A stretch of 64,000 nucleotides of DNA, taken from NCBI GenBank assembly GCA_963819815.1, contig CAWFXL010000001.1, forward strand, positions 256,001 through 320,000, given 5' to 3'. The DNA comes from an uncultured bacterium (lineage in GTDB: Bacteria; Babelota; Babeliae; Babelales; Babelaceae). The notes below the pieces were generated by a model. The model did no database searches. It was not told where the DNA came from and saw only the letters and a list, made by a program, of their open reading frames with translations. A program made the position numbers and the translations under genes. The stretch's first letter is position 1. Each line of letters begins with the position of its first letter. Shown piece after piece: positions 49,908-59,752 of this stretch.

Positions 49908-50534
49908 ATGACTCAGGTGCACGCATACAGAGCAGCATTCGTTGTTTTTGTAACATTCACCCCTTTTCTTATGTGCAAAAAACCATTTCTTCCCTTGAGC
50001 TATACGATAGCGCTTGTAGAAAATGAGAAGAAAGGTAAGAGCATTTCAAGGATGCTTCAATTAGCCATTAATGACGTATATGTTGGTGGGATAGTTTATA
50101 CTATTCAGCTTGATATGCGCCAGCCAAGTTTCATTAACCAGCTACATATAGAACAGTCATACCGTAATCATAAAGGATATGGCAAGGTTCTCTTATACCA
50201 AGCTTTAAAAGATATATTGCAATCAGGTAGTGCTAGTGTTGAATTGGAGCGGTGTCCCTTTGATCTGCCTTCTACGGATAATGCAGAAGAACGTAATGAA
50301 CAGCTTAAAAAATGGTATAGAAGTTTTGGATTTCAGGATGATAACAACAGTAGAATTATGAGGCTTAACCCTCGTAAGCTCTTATCTACTGAAGTTGTAC
50401 CTAACTTCACCGATAATGATATTACCTTTAGCTTCCGTAAACCGGTAACTCCTGAGCGTAGAGGTGCCCAAAGAACTGCTCAGGTTGCCTCAAAGGTTCT
50501 ACCGGCATACTTCATCATGAAAAAGCAGCGGTAG
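49908..50534 (+). CDS. GNAT family acetyltransferase
   Basis: I.QLHI...YR..KGYGK.LL; L.KWYRSFGF. Confidence 0.75.
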   Translation: MTQVHAYRAAFVVFVTFTPFLMCKKPFLPLSYTIALVENEKKGKSISRMLQLAINDVYVGGIVYTIQLDMRQPSFINQLHIEQSYRNHKGYGKVLLYQALKDILQSGSASVELERCPFDLPSTDNAEERNEQLKKWYRSFGFQDDNNSRIMRLNPRKLLSTEVVPNFTDNDITFSFRKPVTPERRGAQRTAQVASKVLPAYFIMKKQR

Positions 50535-50627
50535 TATTCAAGTCTATGATGATCTATCTCTCATACGAGCTGAATACTGAGGTCTAAATTTCTACACATT
50601 GAATGATCAGATTACAGAGAGGTTATT

Positions 50628-51995
50628 ATGGCGAAAAGATATATTCTTATAGGTCTAACATTCTGCATGGCTGGGGGTCTCGCAGCAAGCGATAGTACTC
50701 AGAAAACTCCGTCATCCTTTACTGCGGGCAAAGCTCTTGGAGCTCTAGGTTTTGCAGGAGCAGCTGCCTACTACGTCTATAGTCATCCTGTAGTGCAATG
50801 GGACACCGTCGGTTTAGGAATGCTAGGAACAGCTGCAGTAAGTTATCTTGGCTATAAGCTTCTTAATCGACAAAAAGAAGTTGAGAAACCGTTGATTGCC
50901 GAAAAACCCTGTCGGGAACCAGTCTTACCGGCGTTCCAACAAAAAATTACGAGTGCTCTCTTTTCAAGTGCTATTGGAGATGCTTTGGGAAGGGTAACCG
51001 AGTTTATTAAGTCACCAGAAGCGCAGTTTGAACGTTATCCTGGTGGCCTTACTTCATTTGATAAGTTTCATCCTGATGATTGGCAGGGGATCCCAAGAGA
51101 ATTTAGGCAAAAAAGAATAGCTCCTTATACGGATGATACTGCCATGGCACTACTTGTTGCTCAGGTCCTTATCGAGTCACAGCACAATAACTGGGATAGA
51201 GATAGTACTATGGGCCACATGGCTGAATCCTTTGTTAAAGATTTAGATAATGCCGACTACGGCTGGGCTGCGGGATACCGTGCTCCCGGTAATGCTTGCC
51301 TTGCGGCTGCACATGTCCTTCAAGGAAAAGCGGCTGCTGAAAAGGCCCGAGCGCGTTGGTGGGACGTTAAGGCAAGCTCTGCTGGAGGATGCGGTTCTGT
51401 TATGCGTGCATTTCCCTTTGGTCTGGTATTTTCCAAGGATCCTCAAAAAGCAAAACTGTGGGCTGTAGAACATTCAAAAATTACTCATGGAGCCCCGAGT
51501 GCTCTTGCTGCATGTGCAGCCATGGCTCTTGGCACCGCAGAGGCTCTCAGGGGAGAGAAAGATCCTCGCTCTATTGTTAACCTTATGATTGAGGCTGCCA
51601 AGGAATATGACGCCGTTACCGCTCAAAAAATGAGCAAGGCTCTTTCCTATGCATCCCAGGCACAAGATATTCTCGGGCGGACATCAGTTAGAGAAGCCTT
51701 TTTAACAAAGGAATTTTTTGATTTTCATAAAAAGGTCTTCAATGAATTTCAAGGATGGTCTGGGCAAGATGCCATAGCAGCTACTGTCTATGTATTTGCT
51801 CTCTTTCCTAAAGATATAGAGTCTGCATTGTATGTAAGCGTCCATACTCCCGGAGATAGTGACAGCATAGCAGCAATGTCTGGGGCTCTCATTGGCGCCT
51901 ATTCTGGAATCATGCCTGACAATAAGATGGTGCAGTCAATTGAAGGTGCTTCTTATATGAGAGAAATAGCTCAACGGATAAGCGATAATCGTTAG
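50628..51995 (+). CDS. ADP-ribosylglycohydrolase (ARH/DraG family) with signal peptide and hydrophobic N-terminal extension
   Basis: IGDALG..TE, YTDDTAM, GCGSVMR..P, ITHG, GDSDSIAAMSGAL.GA. Confidence 0.92.
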   Translation: MAKRYILIGLTFCMAGGLAASDSTQKTPSSFTAGKALGALGFAGAAAYYVYSHPVVQWDTVGLGMLGTAAVSYLGYKLLNRQKEVEKPLIAEKPCREPVLPAFQQKITSALFSSAIGDALGRVTEFIKSPEAQFERYPGGLTSFDKFHPDDWQGIPREFRQKRIAPYTDDTAMALLVAQVLIESQHNNWDRDSTMGHMAESFVKDLDNADYGWAAGYRAPGNACLAAAHVLQGKAAAEKARARWWDVKASSAGGCGSVMRAFPFGLVFSKDPQKAKLWAVEHSKITHGAPSALAACAAMALGTAEALRGEKDPRSIVNLMIEAAKEYDAVTAQKMSKALSYASQAQDILGRTSVREAFLTKEFFDFHKKVFNEFQGWSGQDAIAATVYVFALFPKDIESALYVSVHTPGDSDSIAAMSGALIGAYSGIMPDNKMVQSIEGASYMREIAQRISDNR

Positions 51996-52036
51996 AATGT
52001 TATCCCGAACTGGTTAATGAGTATAGAAAAAAAATA

Positions 52037-52075
52037 AGCAGGAAGGCCTTTATCAAAAGGGCTTTCCTGCTCTTT
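52037..52075. terminator. Probable bidirectional terminator
   Basis: agcaggaaggccttt ... aagggctttcctgct between convergent genes. Confidence 0.7.
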
Positions 52076-52118
52076 CATAAAATACGAAAATGCTCGCAAG
52101 ACAAATTAGTTCAGGAGA

Positions 52119-52559
52119 CTATTCATCTCCATAGCCTCTAAACTTAGACTTTTTGCCCTTCATATCATCGCGAAATCCACAACCCACTGTGTGCAGACGC
52201 GCTACACTCGCTTTCTTTTTGCGGTGTTTGCTTTTCTTAGGTGCCTCTTGGGTTGTATGCTGTTCGATTGCATGAGCAAGCTGCCTTCCTGAAATACGAG
52301 AAAACTGCTCCATTGAAATACCTTGCGTTATTCTTTCCAAAAATCTCAAGATGTCATGACGGTTCTGTGGATTAAGGTTCATTTGACGCATTTGGGCAAG
52401 GGCCTCATTTTCAACAGTCCGCCTTTGAGCTGGAGTAAGGCTTTCTCCTATACGCTGTGCATGCTGAAGTAATTCTTCTTCAAGGGGATCAAATGCGACA
52501 AGAAAGCTGCTTAAAGAGACCATACTCATAAGAAGTAAGGTACAGAAAAACTTTTTCAT
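52119..52559 (-). CDS. Hypothetical exported protein with basic C-terminus
   Basis: AAGGAG RBS, MKKFF signal peptide, PKKSKHRKKK. Confidence 0.75.
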   Translation of the reverse strand: MKKFFCTLLLMSMVSLSSFLVAFDPLEEELLQHAQRIGESLTPAQRRTVENEALAQMRQMNLNPQNRHDILRFLERITQGISMEQFSRISGRQLAHAIEQHTTQEAPKKSKHRKKKASVARLHTVGCGFRDDMKGKKSKFRGYGDE

Positions 52560-52837
52560 GGAACTCCTTGAAGTATGTCGAGGTATATACTACAAGTATT
52601 TAGGCCCCGACAGCTGCAATGTTTTTATTATTAATATTATATATTTAATTATATAAGAAAATATTGTTTGGTCAAGAGGTGTTAGGTAGAGTTCTTGGAG
52701 GTCCTAGCTCTACTGGGAGCTGTACAAGAAGATCATTAAGGTCAATATGTACTTGTAATTGATGTATAACCATGACTTATGGTAACCCCTTTGTAACATA
52801 CTATGCTGGTCAGCCGGCCTTTGAGTTAGAGTAAGGG

Positions 52838-54178
52838 TTATGTAGTAATTTCCATGCGTTGTGCCACCTGCCTGAAGTTCTTTAAGGCACCAGCGATCGC
52901 ATATAGGGGGTACGTATGTACTCTGGCATCTTTTTCATAGTTCAGTGTTGAAAAGCGAATGCCGAAAGGCGAGTGTGGGTGGCTATCTAAAAACATCATT
53001 AAGCTCTGGAGTCTTTTTTCAGTGCCACTTTTAACCTCTATAGGTATTATCGATTCATTATCTTGCATGAGATAATCAACTTCAGCCTGACTGTTTCGCG
53101 CCTGTCTCACCCAATAGTATAACTCAGAGTCCATATGGGGGTTTGAATACCCAAGGAGTTCTTGGCCTACAAATGATTCAACTATTTCACCTTTATTAAT
53201 AAGCGCTTCAAGTGGATTCAAAAACCAAGCACTCATATCTTTTTTTAATACTGCTTGGGCAAGTGCAACATCTAAAAAGATTACCTTAAAGGAAGCGCTT
53301 TGAGTGTGAGCTCCAAGAGGAATGCCTTGGCCCGCAGAATGCGTTACCTTATGAATTACGCCTGCTGTAGCCAGTAAGTCAAGTGCAGGAGCTAATTCTC
53401 TCTTGCGATAATCTCCTTCGATTGAGCTATATCTAAATTGTTGCGTTAAAAAACGAGGTACATTTTCAAAAATGATATCGACGTATTTTTCTTGAAATTT
53501 AGTCGCATACTTTTTAAAGTCCTGCTTGTATGCATTGATGAGATCATGTTGGATAGCAAAGCATTCAAGGGGATCTCGCGTTTCTTTCCAGTGGTGGACT
53601 ATCTCCGGCATTCCACCTAGAGCGATATACTGACCAACTGATTCAAGCAATTTCTTATGCAGAGGTTCGCTGAATGGCGCTTGGGATCTTAAAATCTCTT
53701 TTATAATGCCTTCGTGACCAATTGCATAGAGAAACTCTATAAATGTCATAGGATACATATGTAGGAAAGTTACTCTACCTACGGGAGCGCCGATTTTTTC
53801 AAGGGTAAAATCTAACAATGAGCCAGCAGCAATGATATGAATTTGGGGAATCATTTCGTAAAAATAGCGAAGAGCTAGGACAATCTGTGGAGCTGTTTGA
53901 ATCTCATCGAAAAAAAGAAGCACTTTCCCAGGGATAATTGGCCGGTTAAGCTCAAGGGAAAGGTCTCGCAGAATTCTTTGAGGGTCAAGGTCCTTTTCGA
54001 AGTAACCTTTCATCTCTGGCTTTAATTCAAAATTGATCTCTATAAAATCGTCAAAAGATTTTCCCAGTTGCCTGACTGCATAGGTCTTGCCCACCTGCCT
54101 TGCTCCTCGCAACAAGATAGGTTTGGGCCGGGGACTAAGTTTCCACTGCTTTAGGTCGTAGTCTATAAGCCTCTTCAA
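52838..54178 (-). CDS. AAA_14 / DUF4143 ATP-binding protein (intact motifs)
   Basis: GARQVGKT, FFDEIQ, AAGSLL, GGMPE, EVDYL...IPIEVKSG. Confidence 0.92.
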   Translation of the reverse strand: MKRLIDYDLKQWKLSPRPKPILLRGARQVGKTYAVRQLGKSFDDFIEINFELKPEMKGYFEKDLDPQRILRDLSLELNRPIIPGKVLLFFDEIQTAPQIVLALRYFYEMIPQIHIIAAGSLLDFTLEKIGAPVGRVTFLHMYPMTFIEFLYAIGHEGIIKEILRSQAPFSEPLHKKLLESVGQYIALGGMPEIVHHWKETRDPLECFAIQHDLINAYKQDFKKYATKFQEKYVDIIFENVPRFLTQQFRYSSIEGDYRKRELAPALDLLATAGVIHKVTHSAGQGIPLGAHTQSASFKVIFLDVALAQAVLKKDMSAWFLNPLEALINKGEIVESFVGQELLGYSNPHMDSELYYWVRQARNSQAEVDYLMQDNESIIPIEVKSGTEKRLQSLMMFLDSHPHSPFGIRFSTLNYEKDARVHTYPLYAIAGALKNFRQVAQRMEITT

Positions 54179-54198
54179 AAGATCCCTTTCATCATACG

Positions 54199-54318
54199 AT
54201 GGTCAAAAAACAAACCTAACTTTGACCTGAATTGGTCGAAATTCAAACCAATAATAACACAATTATGGTCAAAAAACAAACCTAATTTTGGCCTGACTTG
54301 GTCGAAAATCAAACCAAT
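54199..54318. repeat. Four ~21-bp direct repeats at exact 33-bp period
   Basis: (A/T)TGGTC(A/G)AAA..CAAACC.A. at 54199, 54232, 54265, 54298. Confidence 0.88.
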
Positions 54319-54613
54319 GTAAAAAAGTCTGGAATTTGTGGAAAAAGGAGAATGTTGCAGATATGCTTTCATTAAGGACCATCCGCGGGAATGACCTAAG
54401 GAATGGTTTCGTCAAGTTTGCCTGAATGCATACAGAAAGCCCATAAGTACCTCTTGAGATAGACCACATGCTACCTAAGAGTAGGGCGGTCGGAGAATAT
54501 GATAAATTATTACAAATTGACAAAAACAACTCTTTCGATATACTAAATTAACGAAGTAGATGTACAATCCCAAGGAATAATCTTAGGAGATTATCTTTTA
54601 ACCAAGGAATCAT

Positions 54614-55342
54614 ATGACATACACAAAAAATGCACTCTTGTACGCAATACTAGTACTCGCTAGCACATCAACTCACCTCTATGCATCGGAACCTCAGGTC
54701 AAAACTGATGCTTTAGATGAAAACGAAGAAAGAAGAGAAATTCTTATAGCCTATGCTGCTAGATTTGCCATAAACGAGGAACGCGAAGGACTTATTTCAG
54801 CAGAATCTCAGGTCGAAACGTCTTTAGATGGGAAGACACAGACCAAAGCGTTAGAAAATCCAAATAAGATCTTGATTATTTTTGATAAAAAAGAACAATT
54901 TGGACAACTTTTTGCAAAGGCCAAACCGCTCTCTTTAGAAGAGAAAAAAGCTGCACAGATTAAAAATGATATGCAGTACCATGTCGAGCTGCTCAAATCC
55001 AAAGCTTTAGGAGTTCCAAATATGGACGATACTATCCGGGCACATCGAGAACAACTTCTTGCAGAAGCCAAAACGGTAGATGATAAAACCGCTGCACTGA
55101 TTGCAGGCGGCATTAAGCGCGAAGTAGAGCTGCGTGAAGAAGAAACAAGAGAATTTCGTCAACGGGTTGCTATATTTTGTGGTAGCAATACTGATGATTC
55201 TTCTACTAATACTTCTGATACTAGCAGAAATACGCATGACGCTTCTACCAGTTCAGCTACTGATGATGTAGAACGAGAATTAGCAAGAATAGAAGCCGAA
55301 GAAGCATATAATCTATTTAGGGAGATGAGAAGCGCAAGATAA
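54614..55342 (+). CDS. Hypothetical exported helical protein
   Basis: AAGGA RBS, signal peptide, E/K-rich helices. Confidence 0.75.
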   Translation: MTYTKNALLYAILVLASTSTHLYASEPQVKTDALDENEERREILIAYAARFAINEEREGLISAESQVETSLDGKTQTKALENPNKILIIFDKKEQFGQLFAKAKPLSLEEKKAAQIKNDMQYHVELLKSKALGVPNMDDTIRAHREQLLAEAKTVDDKTAALIAGGIKREVELREEETREFRQRVAIFCGSNTDDSSTNTSDTSRNTHDASTSSATDDVERELARIEAEEAYNLFREMRSAR

Positions 55343-55463
55343 TTATCTCGATTTCATCGAGGTACTATCTTCTAACAACTCTTGCATATCTCATTTGCCG
55401 GTAATATTACACCTGAAATAAGAAAGAGCCTGTACCTATAATGGAGTACAGGCTCTCGTGATG

Positions 55464-57761
55464 TTAGTTACGCGCAGCATGCTGCTTATCAGATCCAATA
55501 TTTTTAGGATCTTTATTGAGCATGTAATAACACAAGAGTCCGGCGCCAGCAGCGAGTGCTCCAACGGCAACCTTCTCGCCCATTGACCATTTACTAGATT
55601 TGGCATTCTTATTTGGTTTAGTAGGAGAAAGGGTTGTCCTAGAAAGCTTAAAGAGATTTGATAAGTCATCCCTATCTAGAGACTCGATTCTTTGAGCAAG
55701 CGTTATCGTGCTCACTGAATCATAGTAGATTTTACTTACATCTGCTTTGACGAAGTCTTGCCATTCCATTAAATCTGCAAATACCGATGGATCTTTTTCA
55801 TAAGCTTTAAATAAGGTCACCAGTACTGCGTCCTTGTTTGAGCGGGCTCTTTGTGCAAGCTTAGCAAAAGCTAATGCCTCTTTTCTATGCTCAGTCGGGC
55901 TTACATCCTCTCTAAAACCATCAACGGCCTTGTCTTCAGTTGCTCGGTCAACTAAGTCTCTTTCGGAAATGAAGGCACGAAGTACATAGTGTAACGCTGA
56001 GGCAAATATCCCCTTTTTAGGCGCCTTCTTTCTCTGCGGATTGATATTTAAGCGCTGGGTAATACGTTCACCAATAGTCCGGCGCCAGCTGCGAGTGCTC
56101 AACTCTGGATCTTCTGGATCATAGTCCACTTTATCTATATCTTCTCCAGCATCGAATAAAGTTTCGAACCAATATTCCCCATCCTTAAGTACTGTTGGAT
56201 CTTTTTCATAAAGTTTATACAGGGTTTGCAGTTTTGATTGACCATTTGCATCTTCAGAGTATACAATCCTGGCAACCTCTAAAAAGCCGTCGACTTCAGT
56301 GTCGGGGTCCCCAGCTAATTCTCTTTCGGTAATAAAGCAACGAAGCACATTACGTAGCGAAGTAGCTTGTCTAAGAGCTCTCCTTCTATTTGCGTTCATG
56401 CTTAAGCGCTCCACTAAGCGGTCACCAATAGCCCTGAGTCGCATCGTAGGATTATAACTTCCAAGATTAAAATACCGTGTTTCCGAGGTATTTGTTGTAT
56501 TCAGAGTGTAGTTATGATCTGTATTCCACAGAACGGATTCGGTTGCTAATGCAGCCCTATTGTGATTAAATGAAGCTCTTTCAATCTTCTCATGGAGTTC
56601 AACTATTTCTTGACGGAGCCTTCTTACCTGCCTAATTTCATAATCAGATGAAGCTCGTGCAATCCTCTCATAAAGCTCTGCAATTTCTTGATGGTGCCTT
56701 CTTATTTGCCAATTTTCAGATGAAGCTCGTGCAATCTTCTGGTGGAGCTCAGCAATTTCTTGGTGGAGCATTCTTACTTGTCTATTTCCACGATCAGATG
56801 AACTTCGAGCCAGCTTCTCATTAAGTTCAGCAATTTCTTGATGGAGCTTTTTTACTTGCATTTGCACCTGATCAGAAGAAGCTCGGGCCATTCTCTCATT
56901 GAGCTCAGCTATTTCTTGATGGAGTCTTTTTATCTGTTCATCTGACGAGTTGGGTTTCTCTGTCGAATGAGTTGTGTCTGGAATGTGTGTAGGAGTTGTA
57001 CTTGGCCGACTTGGAGAAGGTGGCTGTGGTTTATTCTCTTGCGGCTTATTTTCTTGACCTAAAGAAGGAGTAGGAAGTGGGTTAGTTGCTCCGAAAAGTG
57101 GTTCAGTTGGCTTACTCACTTGAATGAACGGAGATTCTTCTGGGGTACTTTTTTGCACAAGAGGGGCTTTAGGAGCTATGCTTGGCCAACTAAAAGTAGG
57201 TAGATGAGTGGTAATCGTTGCTCTACCGAAAGAAGAATCGTTTGTTGTATTTTGTTTTTGACCTAAAGAGGCTGCTTGAGGTGCATTATAACCACCAAGG
57301 GGTAGTTCAGTTGGCTTAGTTACCTGAACAGGCGGGGCGGCTTTCTCCGGTGTACTTGGTTTATACGTAAAAATAGGTTGATGAGATGTAGTCGTTGCTC
57401 TACCAAAAGAAGCATCATTCTTTGTAGTTTGTGTTATTGTTTGTTTTTGACCTAAGCTGGTGGTTTGAGTCATGGTCGCGCGCCCAAAAGAACTATCAGG
57501 AGTTGCACCGTGCTGACCCAAGGAGGATATCTGAGTCGTAGTGGTTCTACCTAAAGTTGAGCTGCTGATTGCCTGTTTCTGAGCAGTAATGGTTGATGCA
57601 TGTGTAGTGGTAGCTCTACCAAAAGCTAGTGGTTGTTCCACCAAAGGTTTTTGAGTCGCTTGCTCGCTACTGACCATTTGTTTTTGTACTACCATTGCAT
57701 TGAGAGGGTAGTTTCTAAAGAGTCCGCTTGATAGGAGAAGAAATATTCTAAGCTTATTCAC
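55464..57761 (-). CDS. Exported multi-repeat protein with C-terminal hydrophobic anchor
   Basis: Signal peptide; FGRAT and SLGQ repeats; five LHQEIAEL..ARASSD units; duplicated IG.R...RL..N / LYEKDP domain. Confidence 0.8.
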   Translation of the reverse strand: MNKLRIFLLLSSGLFRNYPLNAMVVQKQMVSSEQATQKPLVEQPLAFGRATTTHASTITAQKQAISSSTLGRTTTTQISSLGQHGATPDSSFGRATMTQTTSLGQKQTITQTTKNDASFGRATTTSHQPIFTYKPSTPEKAAPPVQVTKPTELPLGGYNAPQAASLGQKQNTTNDSSFGRATITTHLPTFSWPSIAPKAPLVQKSTPEESPFIQVSKPTEPLFGATNPLPTPSLGQENKPQENKPQPPSPSRPSTTPTHIPDTTHSTEKPNSSDEQIKRLHQEIAELNERMARASSDQVQMQVKKLHQEIAELNEKLARSSSDRGNRQVRMLHQEIAELHQKIARASSENWQIRRHHQEIAELYERIARASSDYEIRQVRRLRQEIVELHEKIERASFNHNRAALATESVLWNTDHNYTLNTTNTSETRYFNLGSYNPTMRLRAIGDRLVERLSMNANRRRALRQATSLRNVLRCFITERELAGDPDTEVDGFLEVARIVYSEDANGQSKLQTLYKLYEKDPTVLKDGEYWFETLFDAGEDIDKVDYDPEDPELSTRSWRRTIGERITQRLNINPQRKKAPKKGIFASALHYVLRAFISERDLVDRATEDKAVDGFREDVSPTEHRKEALAFAKLAQRARSNKDAVLVTLFKAYEKDPSVFADLMEWQDFVKADVSKIYYDSVSTITLAQRIESLDRDDLSNLFKLSRTTLSPTKPNKNAKSSKWSMGEKVAVGALAAGAGLLCYYMLNKDPKNIGSDKQHAARN

Positions 57762-57841
57762 GAAATCACCTCATGCTATAGTTATTTATTTTTTTGTAGT
57801 ATTTCTAGTATGACAAAATTGTAAAGAAACTCTAGAGGTCC

Positions 57842-58471
57842 CTAAGAATTTAGAGGAATGGTACATCTAAATGGGCATAGTCCAGTCTTCTCCAAAGTTG
57901 CGTTGCCTTGTGGCGGGATATGTATTTTAAAATTCCCGAGCGAAATTATTGTATCATCATCACTGAACATTTGAAGGGCCTTCAAAATACCAATAAAGGT
58001 AACGTAGGTTACCACAATCCCATAAAAAGCCATCTGAGCCTTGTTCTTTTTAGAGATAGCGGTCTTGAGCTCTTCTTGCCATTGAGCACGGTGTTCCTTA
58101 GTATATGCTGCATTCTTTTTGGGGTGTGTACTCTGATGCGTTGGGCGGGTACCTGTAGCAGGCATTCTTGGTTGAGAAGAAGGTTCCTCGGGTACACGTA
58201 CATCATAGGCTCTGCGCTTTTGGGGATCATGAAGAACGTCATAAGCGTTGCTAATCAGACTAAACTTATCTGTAGCCTCAGGGCTTTGGTTCTTATCCGG
58301 GTGCCATTGTAAGGCAAGCTTTCTGTACGCTTTCTTAATATCTTCAACTGAAGCATCGGTTGAAACCTCAAGTGTCTGATAATAGCCTAATACGTCATAT
58401 ACTCTTGCATTGAGAGCGTGTCCCCAGAAAAGCCCGCTCACGAAGAGCAGACGTAGTACTTTAAATTTCAC
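57842..58471 (-). CDS. Exported/membrane J-domain protein
   Basis: Signal peptide; YYQTLEV...[21 protein letters not shown]...F..IS.AYDVL.DP.KRRAYD; one TM. Confidence 0.88.
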   Translation of the reverse strand: MKFKVLRLLFVSGLFWGHALNARVYDVLGYYQTLEVSTDASVEDIKKAYRKLALQWHPDKNQSPEATDKFSLISNAYDVLHDPQKRRAYDVRVPEEPSSQPRMPATGTRPTHQSTHPKKNAAYTKEHRAQWQEELKTAISKKNKAQMAFYGIVVTYVTFIGILKALQMFSDDDTIISLGNFKIHIPPQGNATLEKTGLCPFRCTIPLNS

Positions 58472-58847
58472 GAAACCCCCTTATATCAGGTATCGGTCTT
58501 ATTTTTTCATAGGTATTTCCAGTATGACAACATAGCCTAATCTTGCAAAAGGGTCGGTTTAGACGGAGTTTCCATGAAGAAAGCATCCTTGCACCTGCTC
58601 AAACGCAAAATTCAGCTATCTTAATGCACTAATTAAGCTCTTTAACAATCTGAGTCCCTTGGCAAACTAGCCGACTTAAGGGGCTCCAGTAGGGCATTAT
58701 AAGCACGCGAGCCCCTTGCAATGTCCTGCTATACGCCCGTGCGGCCGCCTAAGCGCCTTCAGCCCTTGAGAAAAATTCCCCTAATGGTATACTTGTAGTG
58801 AGTATAGAAGCTCAAAGGCTTATTTTATTACCTGAAAGGTCACACCT

Positions 58848-59579
58848 ATGTCATTTAACCCAGTAAAAGACGCATTCTCCAATAGAGAGCTATATGGATC
58901 ATCCCAAGCTATGACGCAATCGGGAACACTTGCAAAAATATCCTATCTCTTTGCTGCTCTAGCAGTTGGGGCAGGGCTTGGATGGTACCTGTTTGCAGGT
59001 CAATCATCTCTGATGGGCATAGCTCTAGGGGGCGGATTTATTCTGAGTTTGGTTTGTGGCATCATAGCAGTATTTGCGCCGCACCTGACTCCGTATGTTG
59101 CTCTACCCTATGCTTTTGGACAAGGTATAACTCTGAGCATTATGGCTCTGACATTAGAAATAGTCTATCCAGGAATACCATTAGCTGCGGTTACGCTCTC
59201 AGGAGCAACTGCTGTAGCGATGTTATTACTGTATCGTCTTGAAATTATCAAAGTTACCGAAACTCTTCGAAGCGTATTGCTTACCGCCACAGCTGCTATT
59301 GCTGTTACGTATTTGATTGTGTTTGTATCATCATTCTTTGGTATGAACACCACATCATTCTATCAAAATTCAAGTCTCTTAAGTATTGGATTTAGTCTCT
59401 TTGTCGTGGGAATTGCGGCATTCAATCTTCTCTTAGATTTTGATCTGATTGAGAAGGGTGAAGAACGAGGACTTCCTAAATTCATGGAATGGTATGCAGC
59501 ATTTAGCTTACTCGTAACGCTTATCTGGCTCTACCTTGAAATCGTTCGCTTACTTGTAAAACTTTCTCGACGCCGATAA
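58848..59579 (+). CDS. Bax inhibitor-1/YccA family membrane protein
   Basis: Multi-TM; NLLLDFD.IE; EWYAAF.LLVTLIWLYLEI.RLL. Confidence 0.88.
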   Translation: MSFNPVKDAFSNRELYGSSQAMTQSGTLAKISYLFAALAVGAGLGWYLFAGQSSLMGIALGGGFILSLVCGIIAVFAPHLTPYVALPYAFGQGITLSIMALTLEIVYPGIPLAAVTLSGATAVAMLLLYRLEIIKVTETLRSVLLTATAAIAVTYLIVFVSSFFGMNTTSFYQNSSLLSIGFSLFVVGIAAFNLLLDFDLIEKGEERGLPKFMEWYAAFSLLVTLIWLYLEIVRLLVKLSRRR

Positions 59580-59600
59580 GATACACAGTTTTGATTCCAT

Positions 59601-59627
59601 AAGAGGAGCTTAACGCTCCTCTTTTTT
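59601..59627 (+). terminator. Rho-independent terminator
   Basis: aagaggagc-ttaac-gctcctctt plus T run. Confidence 0.8.
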
Positions 59628-59752
59628 GGTGGTTTTTTATTTTAGGAACCTTGGGATACAAGTCAGCTGAGGTACCTACTTAACAGATCATTGGCAAGGC
59701 ACCCGGCACTCAAGATTGATGACAGTAATTGAGCATGGTGAATCAGCATCCT

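Noticed and set aside
54199..54318. CRISPR array
   Set aside because: Spacers are only ~12 bp and partly repeated; no cas genes seen
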